The notes below the pieces were generated by a model. The model ran no database searches and had not been told where the DNA came from. It saw only the letters and a list, made by a program, of their open reading frames with translations. Source: a virus (Duplodnaviria; Caudoviricetes). Taken from it: DNA of 28,714 nucleotides. The translations under genes were made by a program, and so were the position numbers. Below are positions 14,925 to 24,611 of this stretch, piece after piece. How positions within the stretch are numbered: the first letter of the stretch is position 1; each line of letters opens with the position of its first letter. The stretch lies in IMG/VR virus record IMGVR_UViG_3300043442_000682, positions 1-28,714 of that record, one strand, 5' to 3'.

Positions 14925-17900
14925 AGCATTTCCCGCGCCTGAGGCTGCGGTTGTCCTTGAGCCTGGGGGCGTCCGGGTTGAGGGCGCTGCGCGAAACTAC
15001 TCAACAGCCCACGCGATGGTGGCGCGTCGGGAATTTTACGTTGTAGCCGTTGCGCTGTTGCTTGAGCCACGGTCGGTGGTGCGGGTTGCTCTGGCTCTTG
15101 TTCACCGGCGGTAAGGCCTGTGTTAATCAAATAGCCATCAAGCGTTCTTGCAAACCTGATTTTGTCCTGCTCTGAGCGACCTTTTCGGAGCAGCTGAACC
15201 ATAAAGCTTGGGTCTTGGGCAGCACGTTCCAGTAACTGACGCACGCTCTCATTAGGCATCCGATCGAGCATATCTCGCATCATGCGCGATCCAGCTGAAG
15301 CCGCTAACAATGTCGATCCACCTTCAGCAAGCCCTGCGCCCATGCGAGCACCGACCACACGAAGCACGAGATCTTCAACAAGATCAGAGTTTTCAAGTAC
15401 CTGATCAAGTACTTGTTTGTTGCCCATTACCGACTGAACACGTGACATCTCACCGAGAAGCTTTTTGACATTGGCAAGCTCCCCGCGCTGCATAACGCCC
15501 GTGTCGATGAGAATGTCGCTCATGGAGGGTCGGCCCGTGGACGTAGGCTTGAAGAAGGCATCGTAGTACTGCTGGAAGTCAAACGTATCCGCGCCCCCTG
15601 CTTTCATGTAAGCGTAGTCATAAATACCTGACTTAAGCGCATCGACAAGATCTTGGTTGACCCGCGTCCCTACATCAATGCCACTGGCTTTAAGACGTGC
15701 TATCTCTTCAGGGCTTTTCATGCCCGTGCGTGCAGCTTGCACAAGACGTCGAAAGTTTTCTGATGGGTTTTTACTGTTGAGGGCGTCTGACACAACGCGC
15801 GCAGGGCTTTCATCAAAAAACTTAGCAAAGGTTGCTTGTTTCTTGAGCTTAGTTTCAATGGCGCTGTTTTGCTTTTGAATCAAATCCAACGCATTCTGTG
15901 CGCGCGTGGCATTCTCAAGATCCTGGCGTAACCCAGGAATGCTGTTCACCAGGACTTCGTTTTCGTTCAACCAACGTGACAGCCTACCCGTATTGAGCTT
16001 ACCCGTCGCAGGATCAATTGAAGCGGCAGCAGCAAGGCGCGTGCCTCGTTCAACAGCATCCGACGTAGACACTGCGCGCGGTCCAGAACGATTGACGGCA
16101 TCTTCAAGAATCCTGGCCCGTGGGTCGTTAGGCCCGAAGTCTGCAACGTATTGACTATGCAAGCGAGGCAGCATATCAACTGCGTTTTGGATTTGCTCCA
16201 TGCGTGCGTTGATGACATCGGCGTTGCCGCTAAAGGCCCGTGAGACAAGGACCTCGGGAATAATACGATCCGCTCCAGTACGTGTTACAGCGCGCATGTC
16301 TCCTGCAAAGGTGCGAGTAAAGCTGTCGTTGAGCTCCTTGGAAAAGGCCCGCGCTGCATCGTAAGCAGGATTGCGAACTTGATCCATGTCATCAAGTAGT
16401 GCCTCGGAGAATTTGGAGTAGAAGGCGTAGTTAGCGCGCTCGCCCCTTGCTTCTGCGTCCATGGCTAAGCGCAGCATGTCACGACGTGCATTGACCAAAT
16501 CGCCTACGTTGATCGCGCCACGACGAACGAAGTCTTTGCCTGATTCGATGAGTTCTTTTTTCGTGTCTTCAACTTGCCTCTTCATGCCAGGATAAGACAA
16601 ATCCTTTTTTGTGATCGTCGAAAACTGGCGTTCAAGGGTCTTATACGCATCGTATAGATCAGGATTTGCTTCTTGGCCGAACTTCAACAACTGATCAGGC
16701 GATAAGTTTTTGATATTCTGTGCTTTGGAAAGACGTCCGTAGATGTCTTTAACAATCGCAGGAAACTCCCTGTTGTAGTACTCGGGCGACATCTCCGATC
16801 GGATCGTGTCAAATTGCTTAGTAAAGTTGCTTGCAACAACTGCTTGCCCATCGGTTAGACGTGTAACGGCAGCGCGAATTTGATCGCGACTCGCTCCCTG
16901 CTTACGCATGCTTGCAACGGTCTCGTTGACTTGAGCGCGGATTGCCTTGGGCACGTCGGACCAAAGCGTGTGCTCCACTTCACGTGCATCTTTCAATGCC
17001 GCGTCAACGTTTTCGCGAATGATGCGACCAATTTGCATCCGATTAACAGGCGAATCCTTGGTGATACCGGCAATAGCAACCGCTGACCGTGCGTCGGCAT
17101 TAGCCAAACGGCTGTCAAGCAACTCACGGAAATAGTCTGCCCGCAAGCGAGCCGCGTCTTGGAGTGCCGTGGGGTCACCTGATCGATTCAATAGATTAAT
17201 CATCTCAACGATCGCCTCTTGCGCCTTCCTGCCCTGCTCGGCAACCTTGGGTCCAAAGACCTCGTTTTGTCTGGCAAGCGACGTTTCAAGAATTGTCAAG
17301 GGTAGATCGCCCGTCTTTTGAGCAGCGGTCATTCCAGGAACAATGCCTGGATCACGCAGTGCTCTGATGAGATTAGGGAGGTAGTTGTTGTTGAACTCAT
17401 CGGCCCAGCGCTCTGGATCTGACTGGCGTAGATCCGGTTTGTACTGCTCTTGCATGATTGCCATGAGGCGATTAGCCGCTCGGTTTTCTCTCTCCCCCGC
17501 AGAAAACCGAGACACACCTCGTCGAACCAAATCGGCAACAGGCATGGTTGCCATGGTGACAAGTTTGGTTGGATTGAGCAGGCCACCTACTACCTCTCCA
17601 GTTACCCGAGGTATCGTTTCTCCAGGCGCTAAGGTTTCTGCTACGCCTGCGCCAACACCTGATCCAAAGGAAGCTTGTGTTTCAAGTGCCCCATAAAGAA
17701 TCGGGTGTTGCTTAGCAAACCCACCCACCTTATTCAAAAAGTCTAAAACGCGAACACCTGTTGATGGGTTGATGGTGTAGCCTAGAGGCAAAAAGGCAAG
17801 ACCGCCTCCCGTAGTCTTTCCAGCTTCACGAAAAGGCTTTAAGTCCGGGTCGGTCTGCTCATCAAAAAGACGCTTAGTGGCCTCTTCGCCAATCTGTCCG

Positions 17901-18205
17901 CCACCAATGAGGCCTGTTGCAGCGCCAGCCAAAGTGCCAAACACAGTCGTGTAAGGCTGACCGAAGGGAATTCTTGAGCTTGCTGCAAAACCCGTGCGTG
18001 CGCCACCATAAGCACCCAAGGCAGCGGGCGACTGGCCAACAAGGCCTTCAACTAAGCCTCTAGCGTATTCCGAGGCGACATCACCAATTCCAGGCTGGAC
18101 GCTCGCATCACGAGAAAAACCGCTTATGTCCTCAGCAGGAGTTCCTGTTGCCGTAGCGCCAGCAGGACGCGAAATGTCATCGATACTAAGCGGTTTATCT
18201 GCCAT
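14888..18205 (-). CDS. large putative internal virion/DNA ejection protein
   Basis: 1105 aa, Ala/Gly-rich N-terminus and helical body; last gene of the virion block, where podovirus ejection proteins usually sit. Confidence 0.6.
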   Translation of the reverse strand: MADKPLSIDDISRPAGATATGTPAEDISGFSRDASVQPGIGDVASEYARGLVEGLVGQSPAALGAYGGARTGFAASSRIPFGQPYTTVFGTLAGAATGLIGGGQIGEEATKRLFDEQTDPDLKPFREAGKTTGGGLAFLPLGYTINPSTGVRVLDFLNKVGGFAKQHPILYGALETQASFGSGVGAGVAETLAPGETIPRVTGEVVGGLLNPTKLVTMATMPVADLVRRGVSRFSAGERENRAANRLMAIMQEQYKPDLRQSDPERWADEFNNNYLPNLIRALRDPGIVPGMTAAQKTGDLPLTILETSLARQNEVFGPKVAEQGRKAQEAIVEMINLLNRSGDPTALQDAARLRADYFRELLDSRLANADARSAVAIAGITKDSPVNRMQIGRIIRENVDAALKDAREVEHTLWSDVPKAIRAQVNETVASMRKQGASRDQIRAAVTRLTDGQAVVASNFTKQFDTIRSEMSPEYYNREFPAIVKDIYGRLSKAQNIKNLSPDQLLKFGQEANPDLYDAYKTLERQFSTITKKDLSYPGMKRQVEDTKKELIESGKDFVRRGAINVGDLVNARRDMLRLAMDAEARGERANYAFYSKFSEALLDDMDQVRNPAYDAARAFSKELNDSFTRTFAGDMRAVTRTGADRIIPEVLVSRAFSGNADVINARMEQIQNAVDMLPRLHSQYVADFGPNDPRARILEDAVNRSGPRAVSTSDAVERGTRLAAAASIDPATGKLNTGRLSRWLNENEVLVNSIPGLRQDLENATRAQNALDLIQKQNSAIETKLKKQATFAKFFDESPARVVSDALNSKNPSENFRRLVQAARTGMKSPEEIARLKASGIDVGTRVNQDLVDALKSGIYDYAYMKAGGADTFDFQQYYDAFFKPTSTGRPSMSDILIDTGVMQRGELANVKKLLGEMSRVQSVMGNKQVLDQVLENSDLVEDLVLRVVGARMGAGLAEGGSTLLAASAGSRMMRDMLDRMPNESVRQLLERAAQDPSFMVQLLRKGRSEQDKIRFARTLDGYLINTGLTAGEQEPEQPAPPTVAQATAQRLQRKIPDAPPSRGLLSSFAQRPQPGRPQAQGQPQPQAREMLQRLFPFDPVLR

Positions 18206-18213
18206 GACAATCC

Positions 18214-20211
18214 CTAATTGCGGACTTTAAATTTGTTCTCTGGAACATACAAAAATTCTGTTCCAGAAGGAAGCGCTCTTGCTTGTTCGACGGTATAGAC
18301 GCGCACAGGAATCCCAATCATTTGTCGGATTCTCCTGACCTCGCTAATTTTTTGTTCAGCTTCTTGCCTTTTAGCAGCGCCTATGTTTGCCTCACCTGAT
18401 CTTGAAACAGCGCCCTGTTCAATTCCTGCAATGACATTGTCCAAAGCAATCAACCTGTTTTGGAAGGCTTCCGGTCGATCAATAAATCGAGGCAACACGC
18501 TCAAGTCTTTTAAAATGTCTTCTCGTTCTGCGTTCGAAAGACGAGTGGTTTCTTGAAGACCTTTGACCATCTGGGCAACAGAGTTCTCAATTTCTGTTTT
18601 CGACTGTTCATACTTTGGATCAACGACACCGCCTACGATAGGAATCCTTGAAATGCCTGCGCGAAGCATATTCAATGGTCCGGTGCCTGTTGAAGCAAGT
18701 CGATAAAGATTCGTCGGAACAACCTGTCCAGGCTGAGGAGCAGGAACTCCTTGAGCCGTGGGCACTGGCGCAGCAGCCGTTGAAGCTGCTGCGGGAGTGG
18801 CACCTGGGGCTGTGGATGCAGCAGGGGCAGCAGCCGCCGGAGCGGTAGCCGTGGGCCGTGATCCAAGGGCCTTGGCCCGTGCGTTGACAGCGTTTTGTAG
18901 GAAAGCAGGCAGCGTGTTTTGGGTAGTAAAAGGCCTTTCTTTTTGCGTTTGCGGGTCATACATCATTACCGTTTTCGGTTGGGTGTAGTCTCTAATCGCA
19001 AACTCAAGCTGCGTAGTCTCAGGCGTGTCTGCTCCAGCAGCAAAGGCTTGGACTAAATCCCTATTAGACATCAACTCATTCATCTTCGCAGGCGTCAAAC
19101 CCGTACTAGGCTTTGGCGCACTAGCCTTCATAGTTGCGATAGCTTCTTGCGTCTCACCACGGAGAATGTCCCGACCAAGCTGCTGCAACATGCCTTCACG
19201 TTTCAGCAAGGCAGCGCGTTCTGACTCTCGCTCTTTCTCTGCGGCCTGAATGCCTAAGAGCTTAATCTGCTGCGCCATCTTCTCTGCTTCCGAAGCACGC
19301 GCACCAATCTGCGCCGGAAGCTGGCTGGCAGCACCCGCAAGACGAGCAGCGAAAGAGCCCCTCAAAGGCTGGCCCGTTCGTGGGTCTACATTACCGGCCA
19401 AAGCAAGACCTGCTCCCGCGATGTCAAAAAGCATTTGAGCCTGGGACATGCTCTTGTCTTGCCCAAGCAACCTTTGATACATCTGCGTCGCATCAGCTAC
19501 GCGGGACTCCATGGTCTTTGTACTGGTGGTAGCCGGAGAAAAGACATTAAACAGGGCCTTTTTAGCTGCCTCACGTTGTTCGGGGGTCAGCAGGCGCGAA
19601 GCGATGCCTGTGTCTGTCATTGCCCTTGAAGATGGCTGATTATCCTGGGCTTCGACGCCATCTTCATCGGAGCCGTCACTAAAATTTTGAACATACCCGC
19701 CCCGCGCCATACCCATCGGGGCCTGTGGCCCTTGGGCCATGGGCAATGAACCAATGCCCCCTGGAGGCATGCCATCCGGTGGCATGGGCGGCGGACCTTG
19801 GGGAGGAGGCATGGGCGGTGCAGCACCTTGCGGTGGCATGGGTGGCGGACCTCCGGCAGGGGGCATTGGAGGCATTCCTGGCGGCATACCTTGAGGCACG
19901 GCCTGTTGACCGGCAAGCACGGGTTGTAGCAATGCAAGCACCTCGGGAGGGGTTTGCTGCGCAGCGTTGTAGCCCACCATATCAGCAAGCTCCTCGAAGC
20001 GTGCATCAACCGAGCGGACATCGCCTCTTAGGTTATTCATCAGGATCTCAGGCGAATCAGGGCGTCTGTCCATGAGCTTGGCCATGTCGGACTCATCCCC
20101 CTCGTCCTCCATATCATCATCTTCACCCATCAAAATAGACATGATCCCGACTTCATCAGGATCCATTTTTCCGCCCTTGAACAAGGGCCGATCTAACACT
20201 TTTGACTTCAT
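18214..20211 (-). CDS. putative internal virion protein with Pro/Met/Gly- and Ala/Pro-rich linkers
   Basis: Start moved to MKSKVLDRPLF at 20211 (AAAGGA RBS); low-complexity segments; APMGMARGG motif. Confidence 0.6.
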   Translation of the reverse strand: MKSKVLDRPLFKGGKMDPDEVGIMSILMGEDDDMEDEGDESDMAKLMDRRPDSPEILMNNLRGDVRSVDARFEELADMVGYNAAQQTPPEVLALLQPVLAGQQAVPQGMPPGMPPMPPAGGPPPMPPQGAAPPMPPPQGPPPMPPDGMPPGGIGSLPMAQGPQAPMGMARGGYVQNFSDGSDEDGVEAQDNQPSSRAMTDTGIASRLLTPEQREAAKKALFNVFSPATTSTKTMESRVADATQMYQRLLGQDKSMSQAQMLFDIAGAGLALAGNVDPRTGQPLRGSFAARLAGAASQLPAQIGARASEAEKMAQQIKLLGIQAAEKERESERAALLKREGMLQQLGRDILRGETQEAIATMKASAPKPSTGLTPAKMNELMSNRDLVQAFAAGADTPETTQLEFAIRDYTQPKTVMMYDPQTQKERPFTTQNTLPAFLQNAVNARAKALGSRPTATAPAAAAPAASTAPGATPAAASTAAAPVPTAQGVPAPQPGQVVPTNLYRLASTGTGPLNMLRAGISRIPIVGGVVDPKYEQSKTEIENSVAQMVKGLQETTRLSNAEREDILKDLSVLPRFIDRPEAFQNRLIALDNVIAGIEQGAVSRSGEANIGAAKRQEAEQKISEVRRIRQMIGIPVRVYTVEQARALPSGTEFLYVPENKFKVRN

Positions 20212-20221
20212 TGTCGTTCCT

Positions 20222-22555
20222 TTATCCAACAAGCCCTGTTCTCGTCGTTCCTGTTCCTGCACTTGATAAACGGCTCATGCCAGCAAGGGTACCAAGCCCC
20301 GCAATACCAAGCCCTGCGGCAGTTTGGAAGGGGCTTGCAGAGGGCATGCTACTTGCAATCAAGGAGCTTTGCGTGCTGGGTGCGCCGCGATAAATGTCAG
20401 AAACAAAACCTAACTGCTGGAACGGAGCCATCGTATCCATCATGGATGTTGCTCGGATGGCATCAAGCTGCGCCTGTCGATTGGCCTGTTCCATCGCTCC
20501 AATACCCATCATCGCACTTACATCGGCTTGACCCAGCTGTGTTGCTGCTTGGCCCAAGGCTCCTTGCTGAACGCCCAACTGCCCAATGCCCTGGCCCATT
20601 TGACCCAATGTAGCTGCACGCTGAAGGTCAATGCCTGCACGTTGCGAGGCTAATCCCCCAAGGCCCTGGCCTAGGTTCCCATAAAGGCCTGCACGTTGCG
20701 CATCAATAGCCGCCTGCGATTGAGCGATTTGAGAAGGCAACATGCCTCCCAATTGAGCCTCTTGTCCAGACAACGCGCCGTAGAGTTGCGCGCCTGCTTG
20801 TCCTAATTGGGTTTGTTGCAAGGCTTGTTGACCATACAGACTTCCCAGCCCCTGTAATACCCCTGCCTGTTGAAGCCCCTGGGCTTGTTGCGTCTGTTCC
20901 AGTTGTGCCATTTGCATGGCGGTATTTGCGTCAAAGCCTGCCTGCTGAAAACGCTGTGCAGCGGCTTGAAGTCCAAGGCCTGCCTGAGTTCCAGCAGCGC
21001 TTAATTGCCCTTGCCCAAGGGCTTGACGAAGGCCTGCTGCCTGTTGGGCGAGTTGAGCCCCTTGAAGACCATACTGTCCCTGCAAAGCTTGATTGGCTAA
21101 CGCAGCTTGTTGTTGGAACTGAGCATTTTGCAATGCTTGATTATAGCCTGTTTGCTGGTTGGCTAACGCAGCTTGAAGGGCAGATTGCTGGTTCATGCCC
21201 GCTGCTTGTAAACGATTGGCCTCAGATTGAACACGTGCTTGTTGCTCGTTAGACAAGTTAGCTAATGAGGTCTGTAATCCAATCTGCCCCGCGCCCAACT
21301 GCTGCACCCCAAGCTGAGCAGCTAAGTTTTGTTGACCAACAGTTAGGCCTGCCGCTTGGTTAGCTTGCTGGGCAGCAATTCGAGCTTGTTGTTCTGTGTT
21401 GAACTGCTGTTGTGCTTGTTGATAAGCTTGTTGCAACCCTTGCGCTTGAATATCGCCAAGCTGCGTTGCAAGATTTCTTTGCGCCTCTGCTTCAACAACG
21501 CCTTCTCTTGTTCCACCAAAGGCCCCTGCACGAACTGCCTGAGCAGCACGGCCCTGCCTTGCAATATCTGCTTGACGCTGTGCTTCACGTTGTTGAATCG
21601 CAACCACGTTCTGCATGTAAGGCGACATCATCCCTTCTGCGGTTCCAGGTGCGCCAAAAGACTGCGTCGTCACCTGTTGTGCGGGACCCATTTGAAATGT
21701 TTGTAGCTGAGGGGCATATCTCGTCTGTGCGGCACTAATCCCTCCCTGTCCTACACGCTCTGCACCCACTCGATCAATGCTAGCTATCGATGCTGCTGTA
21801 GCGGTTGGCGCTTGTCCAAGTTTTGCAGCCGCCTGAGCTTGATCCGCCGCTTGTTGTAAAGAAGCAATGCCTTGTGCAAACTCGGGCCGTAAAGCCGCAG
21901 CCGCTGCTTCCCTTGAGGCCAAAGCCGCCGTGCCTTGTGCTCCTGTTAAGAATCCCCTTTCTTCCGTAAAATTTGAAGGAACTGCCGCAGACGCAGTAGT
22001 TGCTGCTTCATTCTGGTATTTATTTGCTTGGCTTAAATCTGCTTGAAGATAGTTAGGCAGGATCTGTCGAGCGTATTGCAGACCACCAATCCCGGAACGA
22101 ACTTCATCAAGACCTCCACCTGCGGTGGTGCTGTAGCCCGCCATCAAGTCAGCCGCACCAAGACCTCGATTAACCGCTTCTTGAGCGCTTAAGTATTCAG
22201 GTGCAACATCAATTTTCCCGGCAAGATTTGCCGCTTGTTGCGAAAGCGTTTGTCCTTGAGTAAGAGCCTCCGACCCAGCTTGTAAATAAGGCTCATAGGC
22301 TCCAATGCCTTGCCTTGCCAAATCTGCTGCTTGGATCTGGCCTCTTGATTCTCCTGCCACCTCATAGGCAGGGAGATCCAGGGGCATGTTGTAGAGCTGA
22401 CGCGCCTCTTCAATCAAGCCCATCCGATAGGCCGCGACCCTTGGATCTTCTGCGGTGTAGCCTACTTGATATTGGACATTAGGCCCTGCCGGAAGCCCTG
22501 TCAGAGGACCTGTAAGCGTTTCGGGGCTTGTTGATAATCCTGTTGATGTGCTCAT
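20222..22555 (-). CDS. Gln/Ala/Gly-rich putative DNA ejection/pilot protein
   Basis: 777 aa, QA-rich helical repeats (QAALANQ twice), AGAFGGTR motif, hydrophobic C-terminal segment (AAGLGIAGLGTLAGM). Confidence 0.6.
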   Translation of the reverse strand: MSTSTGLSTSPETLTGPLTGLPAGPNVQYQVGYTAEDPRVAAYRMGLIEEARQLYNMPLDLPAYEVAGESRGQIQAADLARQGIGAYEPYLQAGSEALTQGQTLSQQAANLAGKIDVAPEYLSAQEAVNRGLGAADLMAGYSTTAGGGLDEVRSGIGGLQYARQILPNYLQADLSQANKYQNEAATTASAAVPSNFTEERGFLTGAQGTAALASREAAAAALRPEFAQGIASLQQAADQAQAAAKLGQAPTATAASIASIDRVGAERVGQGGISAAQTRYAPQLQTFQMGPAQQVTTQSFGAPGTAEGMMSPYMQNVVAIQQREAQRQADIARQGRAAQAVRAGAFGGTREGVVEAEAQRNLATQLGDIQAQGLQQAYQQAQQQFNTEQQARIAAQQANQAAGLTVGQQNLAAQLGVQQLGAGQIGLQTSLANLSNEQQARVQSEANRLQAAGMNQQSALQAALANQQTGYNQALQNAQFQQQAALANQALQGQYGLQGAQLAQQAAGLRQALGQGQLSAAGTQAGLGLQAAAQRFQQAGFDANTAMQMAQLEQTQQAQGLQQAGVLQGLGSLYGQQALQQTQLGQAGAQLYGALSGQEAQLGGMLPSQIAQSQAAIDAQRAGLYGNLGQGLGGLASQRAGIDLQRAATLGQMGQGIGQLGVQQGALGQAATQLGQADVSAMMGIGAMEQANRQAQLDAIRATSMMDTMAPFQQLGFVSDIYRGAPSTQSSLIASSMPSASPFQTAAGLGIAGLGTLAGMSRLSSAGTGTTRTGLVG

Positions 22556-22558
22556 GGA

Positions 22559-24511
22559 TTACACCTTACGTTCTTCAAGCATTTTCATCATGGAGTAAAG
22601 GCGTTTTGCACCTTTTTTCCGAGATCCGTTACCGAGATTTCTTACTGCTTTGGCTGTAAACACAAATTCCCCATCAGACAACAAAGCCGGAATCGAGTCC
22701 GAGGTCCCTGTTCCAGGGCCATTGATGTGTCCTTGCTTGCGCGGGTAGGTTGTTCCACCCATCTCTAAGGCCATGATACCGCCCTGTGCGTAGCCTGGAG
22801 GACGTCGAGGCGCATAGCCCCTGGATCCTTGCAACCCGCCAAAGGTCAAGGGTTTTGCATAAGCTGGATTTGCAAAATCAAACGCGGGCATGTTGGGCGC
22901 AGCGGCGGGGGTTTCTTTGAATCCTCCCAATGCTGCGGTTCCGACGAGTGCTGCTCCAGCAAGAGGAGCGTACTTAGCAATCATCCCAGGCATTGCTGCG
23001 TCATAGGCTTTTTGATAGATCGAGGTAGCACTTAATGAGTCAAGCTGGGGCATACCAGCTTGAGCTCTCATGGCCTGTACCCTATCTACAGCTTGTCTAC
23101 CCGCTAAATCCGCTTTTTGAATTGCGGCGGGATCCATGTCAAACCTGTTTGGATCAAAGTACTTACCATATACCTCACTAGCTTTGTCATAAAGCCCTGA
23201 GGCTCGGTCCATCAACGAAGGTGAAGGTGGAGGAGCGCTACCACGACCATACCCAATTGATTCAAACTCCATGCCTTGACCGGGTTGCGCAGGAACCATC
23301 TGGTCAGGAACAGCAGTAGGGGCCGCTTGGATTGCTTGGTCTGCATTTACAGGCTGAACAGGGGGATTTATGCGCGAAGCTACCTGTGTTCCTTGTGATA
23401 TGTCCATCCCAGGGCTACGATACTGAAGCACCTCTGCTTGAGGGGCGTCAGCAAAGTTTAAGGGTTGAGAAAAAGAGCCTCGTGCTACATCTTCAAGGGT
23501 GTTAACAGGTGGGGCGACGGAAGGAGTAGCAGCAGATGCGCCTATTTCTGCCGCGCTTGCGGATAAATCCACAGATGGGGCAGTGGTTCCGGCGATAGGT
23601 TGTGGTCCTTGAAGCGCGGCTCCTGATAGGTCAGTTATGGGCGCAGGGGCCTGGGTCGAAGCAAAGGCATCTGCCCCACCCATAATACCGGCAGTTGCAC
23701 CGGCGGTAACACCACCTATGGCTCCTGCTTTTATGGCCTCTCCGATGTTTTTACCCTGCAATATTGCAGTCCCTGCGCCTCCCACAAACCCACTAACCGC
23801 AGCAATTCCTGCGGTGGAGGTAACTCCCATAAACCCAGCCGCTGCGGGGCCTATGAAAAACCCAAGCGCAATTGGAAGAACAATCCTGCCTATACTACTT
23901 TGAGCAAACCTTTTAACCGCATTGCCGATAGATTTAAAAAGCTTGCCTAAGAAAAACTCAGGCAACCCCGTTACAGGATTGATCGTGCCGCTTCCTCCAC
24001 GGGCCTTGAGCAGTGCAGCTTCCTCAGGGGTGATGTGTGCAAGCATCGTGTCGCCAAAACGACCATACTGCGCCAGATCTGCAATGCCGCCACGCGCCAT
24101 GCCCATCGGAGCAGGTTGCTCAACGGTCAAATAATCAAGCGCCATGTTCAACGCGACAAAGAACATCGGATCAAACTGCGCAGGCAGGACATCCTCAGGG
24201 ATACCCTGTTGCATGTACTGACGACGAATTCTTTGATAATCCTGAGGCGTGGACAGGATTTCATCAACCATCTTATTAAGCAGCATGAGCATGTCCATGG
24301 GGATGGACTGTGCCCGCAGCTCATCCACAAATTCCTTAACGGCTTGTGGATCGGCCTGCATCGCCCCACTGAGCAGCTCATCGCTAAATTGCTTAGGAGG
24401 AACTTGCTCACGAAGCTGTTCAAATAACGCCTCTTCCTGGGGGTTGGCCCGTGGTTGAGGTGCTGCGCCTCCCGTTTGAGGGAGCGACATAATGCCTTGC
24501 ATTTCTTCCAT
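22559..24511 (-). CDS. putative internal virion protein
   Basis: 650 aa; GRFGDTMLAHITPEEA..GGSGTINPVTGLPEF and GPGTGTSDSIPALLSDGEFV motifs typical of phage virion proteins; glycine-zipper-like hydrophobic stretch. Confidence 0.65.
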   Translation of the reverse strand: MEEMQGIMSLPQTGGAAPQPRANPQEEALFEQLREQVPPKQFSDELLSGAMQADPQAVKEFVDELRAQSIPMDMLMLLNKMVDEILSTPQDYQRIRRQYMQQGIPEDVLPAQFDPMFFVALNMALDYLTVEQPAPMGMARGGIADLAQYGRFGDTMLAHITPEEAALLKARGGSGTINPVTGLPEFFLGKLFKSIGNAVKRFAQSSIGRIVLPIALGFFIGPAAAGFMGVTSTAGIAAVSGFVGGAGTAILQGKNIGEAIKAGAIGGVTAGATAGIMGGADAFASTQAPAPITDLSGAALQGPQPIAGTTAPSVDLSASAAEIGASAATPSVAPPVNTLEDVARGSFSQPLNFADAPQAEVLQYRSPGMDISQGTQVASRINPPVQPVNADQAIQAAPTAVPDQMVPAQPGQGMEFESIGYGRGSAPPPSPSLMDRASGLYDKASEVYGKYFDPNRFDMDPAAIQKADLAGRQAVDRVQAMRAQAGMPQLDSLSATSIYQKAYDAAMPGMIAKYAPLAGAALVGTAALGGFKETPAAAPNMPAFDFANPAYAKPLTFGGLQGSRGYAPRRPPGYAQGGIMALEMGGTTYPRKQGHINGPGTGTSDSIPALLSDGEFVFTAKAVRNLGNGSRKKGAKRLYSMMKMLEERKV

Positions 24512-24524
24512 GTTAGTACCTTTC

Positions 24525-24611
24525 CTGTTGAGCCATGGTCCTTGGACCGCGCGTCGGGAAAGGACGCGAAAGATGGCCTAAATTATGCTCGATCACCCTA
24601 GTTCCTGTCCA
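24525..24611 (-). promoter_or_regulatory. possible promoter plus leader hairpin and heptamer array upstream of the internal-virion genes
   Basis: TGGACA(24611-24606)-N18-CATAAT(24587-24582); hairpin CGCGTC-CTTTCCC-GACGCG (24568-24550); 7-bp units at 24525-24552. Confidence 0.4.

Larger units (their letters stand above)
3869..24552. repeat. dispersed short tandem arrays of degenerate 7-bp units (consensus about NCCDWGR)
   Basis: Arrays at 3869-3896, 4425-4466, 5594-5621, 5941-5961, 7060-7080, 8441-8461, 11806-11833, 18748-18768, 18848-18882, 19722-19756 and 24525-24552. Confidence 0.7.

Noticed and set aside
20900-21700. DNA repeats in the Gln/Ala-rich gene (e.g. 17 bp at 21093 and 21159)
   Set aside because: In-frame and explained by QAALANQ protein repeats.
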